Source: Lama glama
Lineage: Eukaryota
Direction: 5' to 3'
DNA length: 64,000 nucleotides
Assembly (NCBI GenBank): GCA_028534125.1
Contig: CM052816.1
Location: 18,106,001-18,170,000 of the forward strand
This document shows positions 24,325 through 37,129 of the stretch, piece after piece. The position numbers were made by a program, and so were the translations under genes. Under the pieces are notes generated by a model. The model saw only the letters and a list, made by a program, of their open reading frames with translations. It made no database searches and was not told where the DNA came from. The first letter of the stretch is position 1. Each line of letters begins with the position of its first letter.

Positions 24325-25084
24325 GGTGAAAGCAAGCCCATTCCCGCCGGTGGCGGGTAACTGACTGCATTTTCATAGGCGAAACTATGTGGCTGCCTGC
24401 AGGTAACTGGGACTCTCTGCACCTTCTTCCACAAGCTTTCAGCCAGATTTTAATGTACCTCGGAAAGATGTGTCCAAAGCGTAATCTGTCTCACTTTGTC
24501 CTTAGTGAATATGCCCCAGATCAGCCATCCTCTTTCACCAATCCTCAGACAGCTTAAGCCTGAGGAGAATAAAAGGAAAAACTGTTATCTCTGCAGACCT
24601 GCAGTGACTCTGTCCTGGCCACACGTGATAATTCTGCCCACACATCCAGGCTGCTTAGTCACACACTCAGCTTCATGGCACGCATGTGGCCTGTCCCTGT
24701 ATGAAATTCTCACACTAACCTTTCTGCGACTTAGAAAAAACCATGGCTTGTCTCTAAGTGATTGTTCAGAAGAAAGCCGGGTTGAATTATTTGACTACTT
24801 GATTCACAATGGGAAGTATCAAACAGCAACAAAACTGTTTTCCCTGGTTGATGTGCAAATTCTCCAAACCAGGTGATTAAGTTAGGCAAGCAATTCAATT
24901 CCTGCTCTTTAGGGGCTCATGTTTAGGTGGAAACTAAGGGGCATGTTTGCAATGGAATAAATTATTTCGCAGATGAGTGACAATGCAGGACCCAGGGGCC
25001 CAGAGGTAAGATGCCCCTTTCCTCTTTCCTGTCATAGGTAATTACAAGTGCAGTAACTCATGCTGATTTAAAAATTATATATTT

Positions 25085-25200
25085 TTAGACTATTAGAGCT
25101 GGAAGGGTGAACTGTGGCAACCTCTCATTTTTCTAGACAAAGCAGAGAGGCTCAGAGAGGGAAGTCAACTGCTTAAAAGTCACGGAGCTGGTACGGGGGG
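25085..25200 (-). mobile_element. MIR/MIR3 fragment
   Basis: 'ttagagctggaaggg...caacctctcatttt...gaggctcagagagggaagtcaactgc'. Confidence 0.7.
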
Positions 25201-25461
25201 GAGAACTCTCTACCTTCAGGTGCACCAGGCCACTGTGTTCTTATGCATGGGTTTTCATACTGCTCCACTCACTGACAGACGCTGGGCAAGTCAGGATTAA
25301 ATGGCTGGGAGCAGGGATAGTGTGAGCCACATTTCAGTGCCCAGTGTGTGATTTAATATTAGTTTACTTAGGGACATTTGAGCTATCAGCTCAATAAAGG
25401 TAGAAGCAATCCTTTCTCCTTTGAAACAGCATTTCCTGCTAGGCACATAGGTATTTTTCCC

Positions 25462-26850
25462 CAATGTTTTATTAGGAAAATTTCAAACAGACACCACGTT
25501 TTAACTGTCTCCTATTCACTTCATCTGTGGGGAGGGATTCCCACCCTGGGGTAATGGAGATGGCTGACCAAGTAACACCCGACACTGGACAGGTGAGATC
25601 TACTAGTCCCATTTACTCACGACCTGGGGGAGGAGGCCACCACACATGAGGCAGGGCCCACAGAGTGAACACCCAGGGCTGAGAGAAGGCTTTGTAGTAT
25701 CAAGAAGATGGGCTGCCCTGACCCCACAGGAGGATGGGACTGACTTGGCTGAAAAATTCCTTGGACAGGCAGGGAACTGAAACCCTACCCAGGGATAAGC
25801 AGGGAATGCATCTTGTCCCCTGGATAAGGAGGATTATTTGGCTAAGCGTCCTTACCTATGAGAGCAGAGTAGGGAGGGGAACTGGAGGTGAGGCCACTGG
25901 AGGCCCTCCTGATTGTACCAGATGTCAAGGCAGCACAGAATACTGAATCTTACTTTCAGGCCTTTCACCACACAGCAAAGTTGCAAGAATTTTACAATGA
26001 GGACCATATACCCACCATTTAAATTACAGCCCTGACACTACTATACTGGCTGTATCACATATTCACCCCTCTATCCACCTATCCATCCACTGATGCAACT
26101 CATATTTTTTGTTTCATAGTCAACTGCAGTTGTATGCAGTAGCATACTTCCTCCTAAATACTTCAGCATGAAAATTATGAAGGTGAGCATTTGTGTATGG
26201 TTTTGTCCTTTGATGAAAATGTACATACAATGAAATGCCCCAAGTTTAAGTATATATTCTGAGTTTTGACAAATGCAGATACCTGAGTAACCCAAACCTC
26301 TATATAGAACTTCACCATCATCCTAGAAAGTTCTGTCACCACCCCTCCAGGCAATCCCTGCCCTCAGTTCCCTCAGAGACAACCACTGTTGTGATTACTT
26401 CTATTATAAGTTTGTTTTACCTGTTTTAGAATTTCACATAAATGGAATCATACAATATGTCCTCTTTTGTGTAAGGTTCCTTTCATTCAGTACCATGTTT
26501 TCCAGGTCCATCTGTGTTGTATTTATCAGTTGTGTGTTCCTTTTTATTGCTGTGTAGTATTTCACTGTATGACGATGTCACAGCTGGTTTATACATTCTT
26601 CCATGGGTGAATACTTAGGCTGCTATGTACATTTAAGTTGAAGTCATTCTATGAACATGCTTTCAGTTCTCTTGGGGAAAGGCCCAAGAGTGGATCCCAG
26701 GACAGATGTATATTTAGTCTTTTAAGAAACTCAAAGCCTTTTTTCAAAGTGGTGGTTGTACAATTTTGCACTTTCACCAACAACAGATGAGAGTTCCTAT
26801 TGCCCAAAATCCCCACCATGTTTGGTACTGTCTGTCTTTTCGTAATTTGT
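25462..26850 (-). mobile_element. L1ME3-like 3' end (interrupted by MER74A)
   Basis: 'ttttattaggaaaatttcaaacagaca|cagcaaagttgcaagaattttaca', 'cctaaatacttcagcatg' and 'ttttagaatttcacataaatggaatcatacaatatgt'. Confidence 0.88.
25497..25972 (-). mobile_element. ERVL solo LTR MER74A-like
   Basis: 'gagggattcccaccctgggg', 'acacccgacactggacag', 'ggctttgtagtatcaagaa', 'cagggaactgaaaccc' and 'ccagatgtcaaggcagcaca'. 5-bp TSD cacca / cagca. Confidence 0.9.
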
Positions 26851-28559
26851 TGTTAATTGAGTTTGAAAGTTAAGAAGGCGCATGCGGAGGAAGGCAGGAT
26901 ACTGGGGACAGTACAGAATTTTTGTAAATGTTGCCCCACACCTGTCAAGTAGTCCTCAGACATTTTCCTGGTTAAGTCCAGGGTGGTGCTGTCCCCAATT
27001 TCTTTGATGTTTGAGAGCTGTGATGTCCCTGGAGCTTGGGAAGGTCCTTGAGAAATCAACAATCAGAAGCTGCAGCGTTGGCAGCCATGCCATTCAGGGG
27101 CCACGGTGATGTTTTCTGACACCTCATTAAGGGTACTTTCTGCATCAGCTAACAATCTGCTGATGCCTGTGACATGACCACTTAACACTGGTCTGCAGAC
27201 CTAGGAGCCTGTGAACCCTCCAGGGACCCAGAGAAGGTAACACACATACACAGCTTTCGCTCCCTCCAGTGGGGCTGAGTCAACCCACAGTTGGCTCGCA
27301 CTGTCCATTTGTGGCCATTTGCAAGTGGAGCGGGTGAAAATGGAACTGGTCCTCTCCTACCTTCCCATCACTGAGGAAGGGACCTCTGGACCTGAGGAGA
27401 CAACACTGGGGTAAGGATACTGCAAATATGGTTATACTGGCAGGGAGAAGAGTCTCTGGAACCTTCTATTCTGTTAAAAGAAAACACTGGCTGCCATGAT
27501 TGGTGCTGAAAGAGACAAAGCAGGATGGGAAAGTAGGAGAGCTTCTAGGTATAAAGAACTGAAGTATTTCTCAGCTCCGATCCACTGCTAAACTGACAGC
27601 ATTCCCTGAGGATGGGGTGAGGGGGGAAGAAAATTCCAGGTGCACGTGTCCAAATGTGCTCATGTTTCCAGACCCCATGACTAAGACGAGCAGGGACAGT
27701 GAGGAACAAGCTTTGGTATCTGCCCTCACAGAACACGTAAGACAGGGTGATGGCAAAGGTGAGGATGGAGGCTGGGGAGGAGAGAACACGAGGATATGCC
27801 CTTGTCCCTCACTGAAGGGATCACTCCAGTCTGACGGGCAGAGCCTATTCCTAAGACAGAAGGTAGGGGGTGATTGTTCTGAAAACTACAGTTTGGAATC
27901 CGATTTCAAGGAAGGCCTGATTACCAGAAGACACTGGTGGTTCTAAAACCAGTTGGGAGGCAAGTGAGAAATCTACCCAGCAAGCCAGGCGAGAAGGCGT
28001 CAGGGCCTGGACTGAGACATCTGAAGAGAGGCTCGAAGAAAGGAGACAGACGGGAGACAGACTGGGTAAAAAGACATCACCAGAGGGCAGAGACACGCTG
28101 TGTCTTCCCCAGGGCAAGAATCCTGCTGGTCAGCTAGGAAACAGACCTGCAACCCTGCTGGTCCCACAGGTCAGTGTGGACGAGAGTGACCAACACAACG
28201 GCATGGCCAACCTCCATCCTGGCTGCCTTGTTCCTCCAGATACAGAAAACACAAGTGCTGACCTGCAGTGGTCATACTTGCTGCTCCCACACCCCGAGGA
28301 TACAGGCAAGAGAAAGGTGAGGTTGCTCGGGGGGGGGGGGTGAGGATGCGGTGAGCCATCACCTCTCACCTTCCCTCCAGTGTCGTCACATCTGCTAGTG
28401 CTTCTTCAATTCTTTCTCCTCTGGGAAGGCAAACCACTCAAGCAATCTCTCCACCTACTCCCCGCAGCAGACCCCCACTGCTTCCCACGGGGCTCATGAA
28501 ACAATCCCAAGTCCTCCTCCTGAGTGTTCTGCCCTTGCCTCCCTCTCCCACCTCTCCTA

Positions 28560-28910
28560 ATACCCTTCCTGCCCTTCTCACTGCCTCCAGTTTTGCTAAC
28601 CCCCATGAAGCCCCTTCCTGGAATACTCGCCTCCTCCTCCTGCAGCCACGCCCGCCTCATCCCTTAGGCCCGGGGTGGCTGCCCTGCCCCTCACCCACCA
28701 ACCAATCTCAAGGAGATTTCCTCTACTATTTTCTTTCATAGTACCTTTTTCTTCCTTTCCCAGCATTTATCACAGTTTATAGCTATGTATTTATTTGACT
28801 TTAATCATTCAACACTCATCTTCCTCATTAGCCTGTGAGCTCCATAAGGCAGGGGCTGGAGCGGGCGCTAGTGGCATGAATGTGTTGATGGATGGATGGG
28901 TGAGTGAGTC
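28560..28910 (+). mobile_element. L2 3' end
   Basis: 'cagcatttatcacagtttatagctatgtatttatttg...tagcctgtgagctccataaggcagggg' and a (TGGA/TGAG)n tail. Confidence 0.75.
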
Positions 28911-29635
28911 CTGAGCCCCGGCTTGCCCTGTTCACCTTACCTCCCTCGGCAGCCCATCAAACATAGCTCACTGAAGCAGCCTGCATTTCAGAGTCCTTTC
29001 TGTAGAAAGGGGGCTGTCTTTCCAGAGGGAGGAGCCAGTCACTTTCCTGGGAGTGGCTGAGTTTTCTCACCAGCCCTAGTGCAGGCTACTCTGCTGTGAT
29101 TTTACCTGGGAATGTAAAAACTCCATGCTCAATATTTCCCTGGCCCCACCAGGTGGGGAGCACTGGCAGGTGTAAAACAGAGAGAAGTAGGTGGGTTTTT
29201 ATCTTTACTGGCATTGCACAGGAGCCATGTGTATTCCACAGTTCAAGTTAGCACAGACTTTGGAAGACAGAAACACTCTATTTTTAGGGGAGTCCTTCAT
29301 ATTACCATGGCATTTACAAAGTGGCAGCTTCACCAGCTGGAGGGATTAGTATAAATAGTCTGAGACCCAGCACTAGGACATTACATCTAAATACACGCCC
29401 TTCAAGAGCTCTGTGGTGAAGGACGTGGAGAAATGGGGATCCGACAGCTTCAGGCCTGTGCGCGATGCTGTGTTGTGAACTGGGATGGACCTGGATTCTC
29501 CCTTCAGCTGTGTGTCTAAATGGACACATTGTGTGTGAGACTGCTTGTGTCACCAATACCTGGAGATAAAATCAGGTCAGATGGAGTGAGACAGTCCTGG
29601 CCAGGTGACTGTTCTGCTGCTCGGGTTTGTTAGCA

Positions 29636-29810
29636 CAGGGCTTCTTAGCCGTGCCGCACACGAGAACCACCTAAGGACCTTTCAAAAACCCTCATGCTCA
29701 GGACGCTGCCCAGACCAATTCTCTCTGAATCTGTGGGATGAGACCCAGATATTACTACTTTTTGAAGCTCCCCAGGTGATTGCAATGGAAAGCTAAGTTT
29801 GAGGTTCTGT
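29636..29810. mobile_element. MER5A-like hAT-Charlie MITE
   Basis: 'gaaccacctaaggacctttcaaaaac...cccagaccaatt...gaatctgtgggatgagacccag...aagctccccaggtgatt'. Confidence 0.8.
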
Positions 29811-31029
29811 GTAAGGGATTTTGATACTCAAAGGAGTGGCCTGAATTAAGTATTTCATGACTCCAAACATAAATCAAGGCCTTACTGCCAGTGCAGATAG
29901 AACTTATTGTATAAAAGGAGAAAAAGGGGGTGTGATACTGGTTGAATACTTGCTATGAGAGGCAGTAAGAGGTGCTAAGAGCACCACCTCAGAGACCAGA
30001 CATTTTAACATCAAAATATGGTTTTACTATTACTATTCACTCAGCTAAGGGAGCTTTGGCAACTTGCTTAAATTCTCTGTGCCGTTATTTCTGCCTTATT
30101 TCAAAGCAAAAGTGCAGCCCCCAAATATTCCTGTATCTGCCCCACATCATGCATCCAGGAAGGTCAGGAGTTGAGAGACCCGCTCAAGAGTGCAGTAAGT
30201 CCTAATGAGCCCAAGTGCATGAGAACAAAACTCAGGACATGTGGCTTGTGGATGAGAAGTTCAAGCACTCTCATGGGAACTACCTGGGAAATGAGAGACA
30301 TGAAGTCTTAGATGTAAACAGAGTTCTGATAGGTCTAGACTGCCTGCCTGCACTGAATGCCTAAAAGGCTCAGAGACAAAGAAATTATGTGAAGCCATAA
30401 AATAGGTATTCATTATAAAATGCAACCAATTTGGGACTGTACAATCTCTACAGATGAGCTTGGCACATGGAAGGTTCCCTCTCTTCCCTCCCTGTCTCTC
30501 TGAACTGTCCTTTATACTGTAAATCCTGCGGATCCAAATCCTACTGTTCATGTCATCGTAAATCTCTCATAATGGCCATGGAGTTTCTATTAAGTTGGTC
30601 CCCGGCAAGCAGCACACTTTACTGAAGGAAAACACAGAGTAGCTCTTCAAGAGCAGGCATGCAAATCTGAACCCATGGGCGTGGTTCAGAGACTAATGGG
30701 CGAGGTGCTCCCCTACATCTCTGCTCCTGGGAGGCCAGGTTCTGAGATCCTGGCTGCTGTGGAAAGGTAGTCTGTGTAGCTTCTGATTTCCAGGGCTATC
30801 GCTTTCCTCTGGAGGAACTTTTGACTAGTGAATATGAAGTAGAGGAGAAATGACCCCAGTGAAAAGAGGAAATAGGAAAGGGCATGGACTAAAGTGAGAG
30901 AGAGTGTATGTGTGTGTGCACACGTGTGCACGTGCAGGCAAACCGGCGATAACCGAGTAGGAGAGGTGTACCACCATCTCTTATCCACCCACAACTGGCC
31001 CAGCACATTCACAGGGGCATCAGAATAAA

Positions 31030-31300
31030 AAGAATAGTGTGGCTGTCAGGCTGAATGAAAGAAGTAATCAGAGACCTAAACTAAATCCCAGTTTCTAATT
31101 TGTGGGATCTTGAGCTTGCTATGCAATCTCTGAGCCTCATCTGTCAAGTGAAGATGCGATAATAGTACCTACCTCCTAGGATGGCAGGTGCAAGGATTAA
31201 ATGAGCTTTGTTAAAGAACTCAACACAGTGCCTGGCACCTACACAGTCAATATTCAATTATGCCTAACATTTCAACATAGCTATTATTCTCTTAGTAGTA
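31030..31300 (+). mobile_element. MIR
   Basis: 'ctcatctgtcaagtgaagat...aatagtacctacctcctaggat...aggattaaatgag...aacacagtgcctggcac'. Confidence 0.85.
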
Positions 31301-31324
31301 ATTTGACTCTAATCTTTTCTAGCT

Positions 31325-31470
31325 ATTGTATTGTGTGCTCACCACTATAGAGGCAAATGGGCAATGTTCATCATTTCTAATATACAGGTGAAGAAACTGA
31401 GGGTCAGAGAGGTAAAGGGACTGGACTGCATAACAAGGATTCAAACCCATCTTTCTTCCCCTTCTCTTTC
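31325..31470 (-). mobile_element. MIR fragment
   Basis: 'tacaggtgaagaaactgagggtcagagaggtaaagggact...ggattcaaaccca'. Confidence 0.8.
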
Positions 31471-31768
31471 CCACTTTTCCTGTGTTTTACTTTGGCCTCC
31501 CTCTACAGGGATTCAACCTTGCAAGAATTGGAATGTCTAAGATCTTTATTTACATTTAGACTTAAGGAAAATGACTGATTTCAGATCATCTTTTTGCTCC
31601 TTTAGGAGATGAAGCTCCTAGCAAGTAACAGCTTATGACAAAGAGAGGATGCAGTTTACTGTAAGAAATGGTTTACTTACTGAATTATCATGTATTGATT
31701 TAATGCCAAGTCATTACCAGGATTTTCTCATTTAAGACCTGTGAAGTAGGGCTTCTTGTATCAGACAG

Positions 31769-32352
31769 TGTAGATTGTTGGCCCTGTAGTCTCTCTTGCT
31801 CTTCCTTTTGGTAGCAGCATTCCCATTTTCCTCTGGAGACCACTCTCTTTCCTATTCTCAGCCATGTGATGCATGCGGAGTTGATGTATCCTTAGCTCCA
31901 AAGGGTCATGTGGTCCAGTCCTGGCCAATCAGAAAGTCATGCTTCCCTGGTCATGGTGACTGACTGAGGGATGGGCATTTACCCAAAGAGAATGATTTAC
32001 AATGAGATGCTTGATGAGATAGCTCAGAGAGGCACGAGTATTTGTTCTCTCCCATCGGACATTATTATCTCAATATTATTAATATTGAGAGGATATAGGT
32101 ATAAATGGAGCTGTTGGCCACAGCCCTGGAGTCTACAGGGAGGAGCACAGAGACAAGAGATGGAGAGCAAATGGGTTCAGATGGACTCATTTGAATTCCT
32201 AGATTCAATTCTGCCTGAAGCTGGTCCAGCCTCAAAACTTTCTGAGTCAAGATATTCCTATGTATGTATGTATGTATGTATGTATGTATGTATGTATTTT
32301 GTCAGATTAAAGTGGGTTTTCTGACACTTACAACCAGAGATTGTTACCTACT
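31769..32352 (+). mobile_element. MaLR solo LTR, MLT1K-like
   Basis: 'ggtccagtcctggccaatcaga...ccctggtcatggtgactgactgagggatgggcat', 'cctagattcaattctgcctgaagct' and 'gtgggttttctgacacttacaacc'. Confidence 0.8.
32259..32297. repeat. (TATG)n tetranucleotide microsatellite, about 9 units
   Basis: Perfect tatg repeats inside the MLT1K element. Confidence 0.95.
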
Positions 32353-32364
32353 GAATTTATTACC

Positions 32365-32510
32365 TTCACTTGGCATATGAAGAAACTGAGGCTCAAAGAG
32401 AATAACCAACTGAATTAAGTCCACACTGGTCAGAAGCTGTACAGAAAGGATTCAAACTCAGGTTTGCTGGACAGCAAAAACCTATACTCTGAATCTTTTT
32501 ACCATCCTAT
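32365..32510 (-). mobile_element. MIR fragment
   Basis: 'atgaagaaactgaggctcaaagag...ggattcaaactcaggtttg'. Confidence 0.75.
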
Positions 32511-32944
32511 CTCCTTTTCTAAAGAGAAAAGGGAGTTGCAGTGCTCCACAGATCACTAAGACAGCCAGAATATCAGCTACCAATGCCTCTAATGGTGCTT
32601 CCTCTCAGAAAGGGGACTACATTCTTCCCAGGAGTGGCCAGATGATCTGCAATCTGTAGGTACATAGATACCTACCTCTTAAAATTAAGATGATTTGGTA
32701 GATGATTTGGGTGGATTCAAACTTGATCTGTAAACAGATATTTAATAAAATCTAAATATTAACTTATTCATTTGTAATGAGAAAAAAGCTATTAAGCAGA
32801 ATGTCAACATGACCACCATGACCACCTAGTAAATGAGCAACTAGGAAATCAAGGTCTTGTACATCTGGTTGGCTGGAAGAAACTTAGCACAAGAAGAGTT
32901 CTATAATGTTCTCGCTCAGTGGCACCCGGCTCAGTGCCCCTCAT

Positions 32945-33100
32945 CGTGAGTGTTGGTGGGAACTACCTGCATCAGAACCAGCCCAGTAGCCTCTTAACGA
33001 GGCAGATTCCTGTGCCACACCCTGAATCTACTGAACCTGAATCTTCAGCTGGGGCTGGGAATGCGCACTTTAACAAGCTCTACTAGTTTGAGAGCCCCTC
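32945..33100. mobile_element. MER5-like MITE
   Basis: 'cctgcatcagaacca...gcagattcctgtgccacac...tactgaacctgaatct...ggaatgcgcactttaacaagctc'. Confidence 0.75.
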
Positions 33101-33796
33101 AATTGTAATAGCAATGGCAGGGGCAGAGAGCCTGATGGAATGCCACTGGATGCAACCCGTCCTGAATATAGGCCATGAGCTAAATGCGAATTAAGTGCAT
33201 AGAGGGGCTTGTCCTGTTTTTGTCCATAATCCTTCATCCTTCATGGAATCCTCGTGTCCCTCTTTCTGATTGGACTTGAGTGGAGTTAAGCATTCAAAGC
33301 AATATAATTATCTTCAGCATAATTAACAAATAAATCCAAATCTGTTACCTTAATACCTAGAAAGATGAGATTATAAAATTGCAGCAGTGGCCGCATGACT
33401 TGGTCTTACTGATCTAATTGCTTATTTGGGTAAAAACTTCAGAAAAAAACACTTTTTATTAAAAGTCTCAGTAAACTAAAAGGTTGGATGCCACGAGTTT
33501 TAAAGCAACTGAATAATATAAACTCTGAAAAATCTCTGTGTTACTTCAAGGGAAAAAAATGCTAACTTTTACTTGATGTTTTTAGAAAGTACAGATTTTT
33601 ATCACACCCACTTGTATATAGGAGAAATTATAATTATAGATGCTGTTTGAAAATCACTTTTACTAAACTGGAAAAGGCAAGTCAATAAATAAACTCTAAT
33701 GACTTACTAGGTACCTAAACTATAGGAAGGGCTCAGGGCCTGTGTTTGCGTTTCTGGGAACGAGGCTGACTGCCCTCTGTCCATGCTCTTAAAAGA

Positions 33797-36470
33797 GGAC
33801 TACTTCCTGTGTGACAGCGTAAGGCGCTCCCTTGACCTGCTCCCCAACAAAACTGGTGACAATGAATAAAAACAACAATTCAAAGCCTCTGGTAATGTCC
33901 TACGTAAAAACAGCCAATGAAGAAACACATGTTCAAGACAATCTATGAAACTTTGGTAAAAAAGACTAGAGTCTACAGTATTTGAACCAAAACATTCCTT
34001 CCTCCCCACGTGCTAGCTGAGCAAGGCAGAGACTCCACTCCTGATGGCTGCCCTCAAGAACACAGGGCTCCTGGACGGAGGGCTTTCTTCCCGGGAGGAG
34101 GAAGGCTTCAGCACTTGGGATCATGCCCCAAGCTACTTGATGCTGATGCCGAGTCCTGGCTGAATGCAGTCAAGAGATGGGGACTCCCTTCTTCCACCCA
34201 GGCTCCACTTGTGGGATGTAGCATGCTGAGAATACTGATGTCCTCATCACTCGTGCCTGGCTCCTGAGATGGTGGAGGCAAGCTGAAAGGACCTCAGGCC
34301 ACTAGCCTCTCCTCCCTACCCCCACCACATCCACATACACACACACTGAGCACTCAGGTCCTAGAGCAGGAATGTCACTCACAGAGCAGCTTGTCACTGT
34401 CCCCACCTCCAGCTCCACAGCCCTGGCTGGGGGATTTTCTCTGAGAGGGAAGTGTAAACCAGAAAACAAATAGCTCCTAATATCTTCACAAAGGAACTGA
34501 CCTCATTTGCAACAGAGTGAAGAAGCTCAAAGGTACAATCAAGATGAGAGGAGGTTGTGAAGAAAGGCAATTGGGAGGAGATTCGTGTATTAACTGAATA
34601 TACAGCCTGGACTTTAGGCAGGTGAGTTTGTAGTAAAAAAATCATAGAATAAAAGAGCTGAGATGAGGCCCTCTGAGGTTAGAACAAATATTAAACACCA
34701 ACCTCAGAAACTATTCCTTTAATGGAGCCACAATTTGACTGGATTAATTTGTAGAGCTATTTATGCCCAGGGCTTTGCTGAAAACAACAGAGCAATCAAT
34801 GGCATGTACCACTGGATGTGATCAGGGCAAGGGAGAAAGAGAGCCCTACCAAAACTGTCATCCCAGGGGGACTAGGCTCACCCAAAGCCACGCCTCCCTG
34901 AGGGGCAAAACCAGAGGCTTCCCACGGTGTGGGTGTGGGGAAGGAGGGGGGGGAATAGACTCCACGACACTAATCCAGCCAGTTACTAAAATATAAACAA
35001 GCCAGTAACAATAACAATCCCCAGACGTGGGAGACCAGTACCCAGAGTGGATACACTGGGGGAAAAGAAAAAGACAACGCAAACAGCCTGGGAGAAAATA
35101 CATGTCAGATTTAGTAGAGAAAGACTTCAAAATAGCCATTCTAAATATGTTCACAGAACTAAAGGAAATCACGGTTGAAGAAGTGAAGAAATATGACATT
35201 GTCATATCAAAGAGGGACTATCAATGAAGAAATATAAATCATAAGAGAAGAACCAAGTAGAGATTCTGGAGTGGAAAAGTACAATAATTGAATTAAAAAA
35301 AATTATCAGAGGGGTGCAACAGTAGATTTTAACTGGCAGAAGAAAAATTACATAGTCGTGGATAGATCAATAGAGATTACGTAAGCCAGAGGACAGTGAA
35401 GAAAGACTGGAAAAAGTGGACAGAGCCTCGGAGAAATGCCGGACAGCACCAAGTGCGTCAACATGCATGTAAAGGGAGTAAGAGAAAGAGAGGAGAGAGG
35501 GGCAGAGAAAATACTCAGGAAAATAATGGCCCCAAATTCCCAAATTTATTGAAAAACAGTAATTACGTATCCAGGAAGCTCAATGAGCTACAAGAAGTAT
35601 AAAAACAAAGAAATCCACAGACAGACACGTCACAGGGAAAATGCAAAATCAAGACAAGGAGAAGATCCTGAAAATACCAGGGAAAATGACTCATTACTTA
35701 GAAGAATAACCCCATAATATTAACAGCTGACTCGTCAGCAAAAACAATGGACGCCAGAGACAGTAGATAACTTTCAAAATTCTCAGTTAAAAAAAAAAAT
35801 CCATCGACCAAGAATGCTAGAGCCAGTAAAGCTATCTTTGAGAAATGAATGTGAAAGAAAGACTGCCCAAGGTAAGAAAAACTGAGAGAATTGTTGCTAG
35901 CAGGCCACTTGAAAAGAAACACGAAAGGAAGTTCTCCAGGCTGCAGAGAACTGACCCTGGATCAAATCCACATGATAAAACAAAGAGCACTGGTAAAGAT
36001 AATCATAAAAGAACAGTATAAATGCATATTTTCTCATTTTTTTCTGATAGCTGTTTTTAAAAGAAACTATATAAATAACATGTAAATAACATAATGTTGG
36101 GCCTGTAACATACAGAAATGTAATCTATGTGTAAGACACTTGCTAGTAACAGCACAAAGATGGTAGGCAGGAACAAAGCTGTGTTGAGATAAGGAAATTA
36201 CTACAGATGATAACACAATTAAAATTATAACAATGAATTACTGGATGTGTAACATTAATAGATGTATTATGTATAACAATAATACCACAAAAGGAGGGGA
36301 AGGGAATAGATCTGTATAGCAGTAACGTTTATACACATCACTAATATAAATCTGATGCTGACTGTAATGAGTTTAGATATATATGATAAACCCTAGAGTA
36401 ACCACTAAAAATAAAACTAAAAATACATACCTTGAAAAGAACACTAAAGAAATTATAATGTTATTTTTTT
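33797..36470 (+). mobile_element. Ancient L1 5' part (L1MC/L1MD-type 5' UTR, decayed ORF1, inter-ORF region)
   Basis: Starts 'gactacttcctgtgtgacagcgtaaggcgctccc'. ORF1 remnants include MSDLVEKDFKIAILNMFTELKE (ORF 35027-35227) and 'taacagctgactcgtcagcaaaaacaatgga'. Inter-ORF motif 'aaccctagagtaaccactaaaaa'. Confidence 0.85.
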
Positions 36471-37129
36471 AATTTATAACATGAGAGACAGGTAAGGAAT
36501 AACATCAATTTAAAGTTTTAGGGAGTTTGCTTTAGACAGAGAGGCTGGGGCTCCTCTTAACATGGTTGATTTCTCCCAAGAAAACAGGATTCTGAATGTG
36601 TAGAATTTTCAAAGTTCCTCCAAATAGTATCCTTTTAACTTGTGCTATGAAACAGTCTTATTTTTATGTGAATAATGCCAAGTGGAAGACTGATCTACAA
36701 ATACTTTTCAGTCATTGAGTAAACATAGTTTTATTCACATTGTATCTGAGCTTAAATAAGTAAAAGGCAAACACTATATTTATCTAGTGACTGGTATGAT
36801 CATCTTAACCTGCCCAACCTTTGAGAGATACTAGGATTATTGGATGATAGTATCTTTCCTTCCTCCTAAAATGAGACTGTTTATCACTGTGGCATTAACA
36901 GAAAGTTCATAACACTGAGGGCAATGGTGGAAGCTAAGTGTCTACTTTGATACCGCTCTAATATTCATTAACATTTTTGAAAGAGTAAGAACTGCATAAT
37001 TAATTGACTATATTTAGTACCAAAGAGTAGCTACAGACATCTGTATTGTACAGTTTTTAAAAAGCAATGATTGTTTCTCTGATAAACCACGGGGCAAATC
37101 ACTTTTCTAAAAATCAAAATCATTTAGAG

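Noticed and set aside
27142..27166. 8-bp hairpin gcatcagc-n9-gctgatgc
   Set aside because: Stems this short are expected by chance in 64 kb.
28329..28340. G12 run (similar run at 47630-47640) as a functional G-quadruplex
   Set aside because: Simple homopolymers with no supporting context; length may also be error-prone.
35027..36085. Cluster of short + strand ORFs with coiled-coil-like peptide
   Set aside because: Broken remnants of L1 ORF1 with stops and frameshifts.
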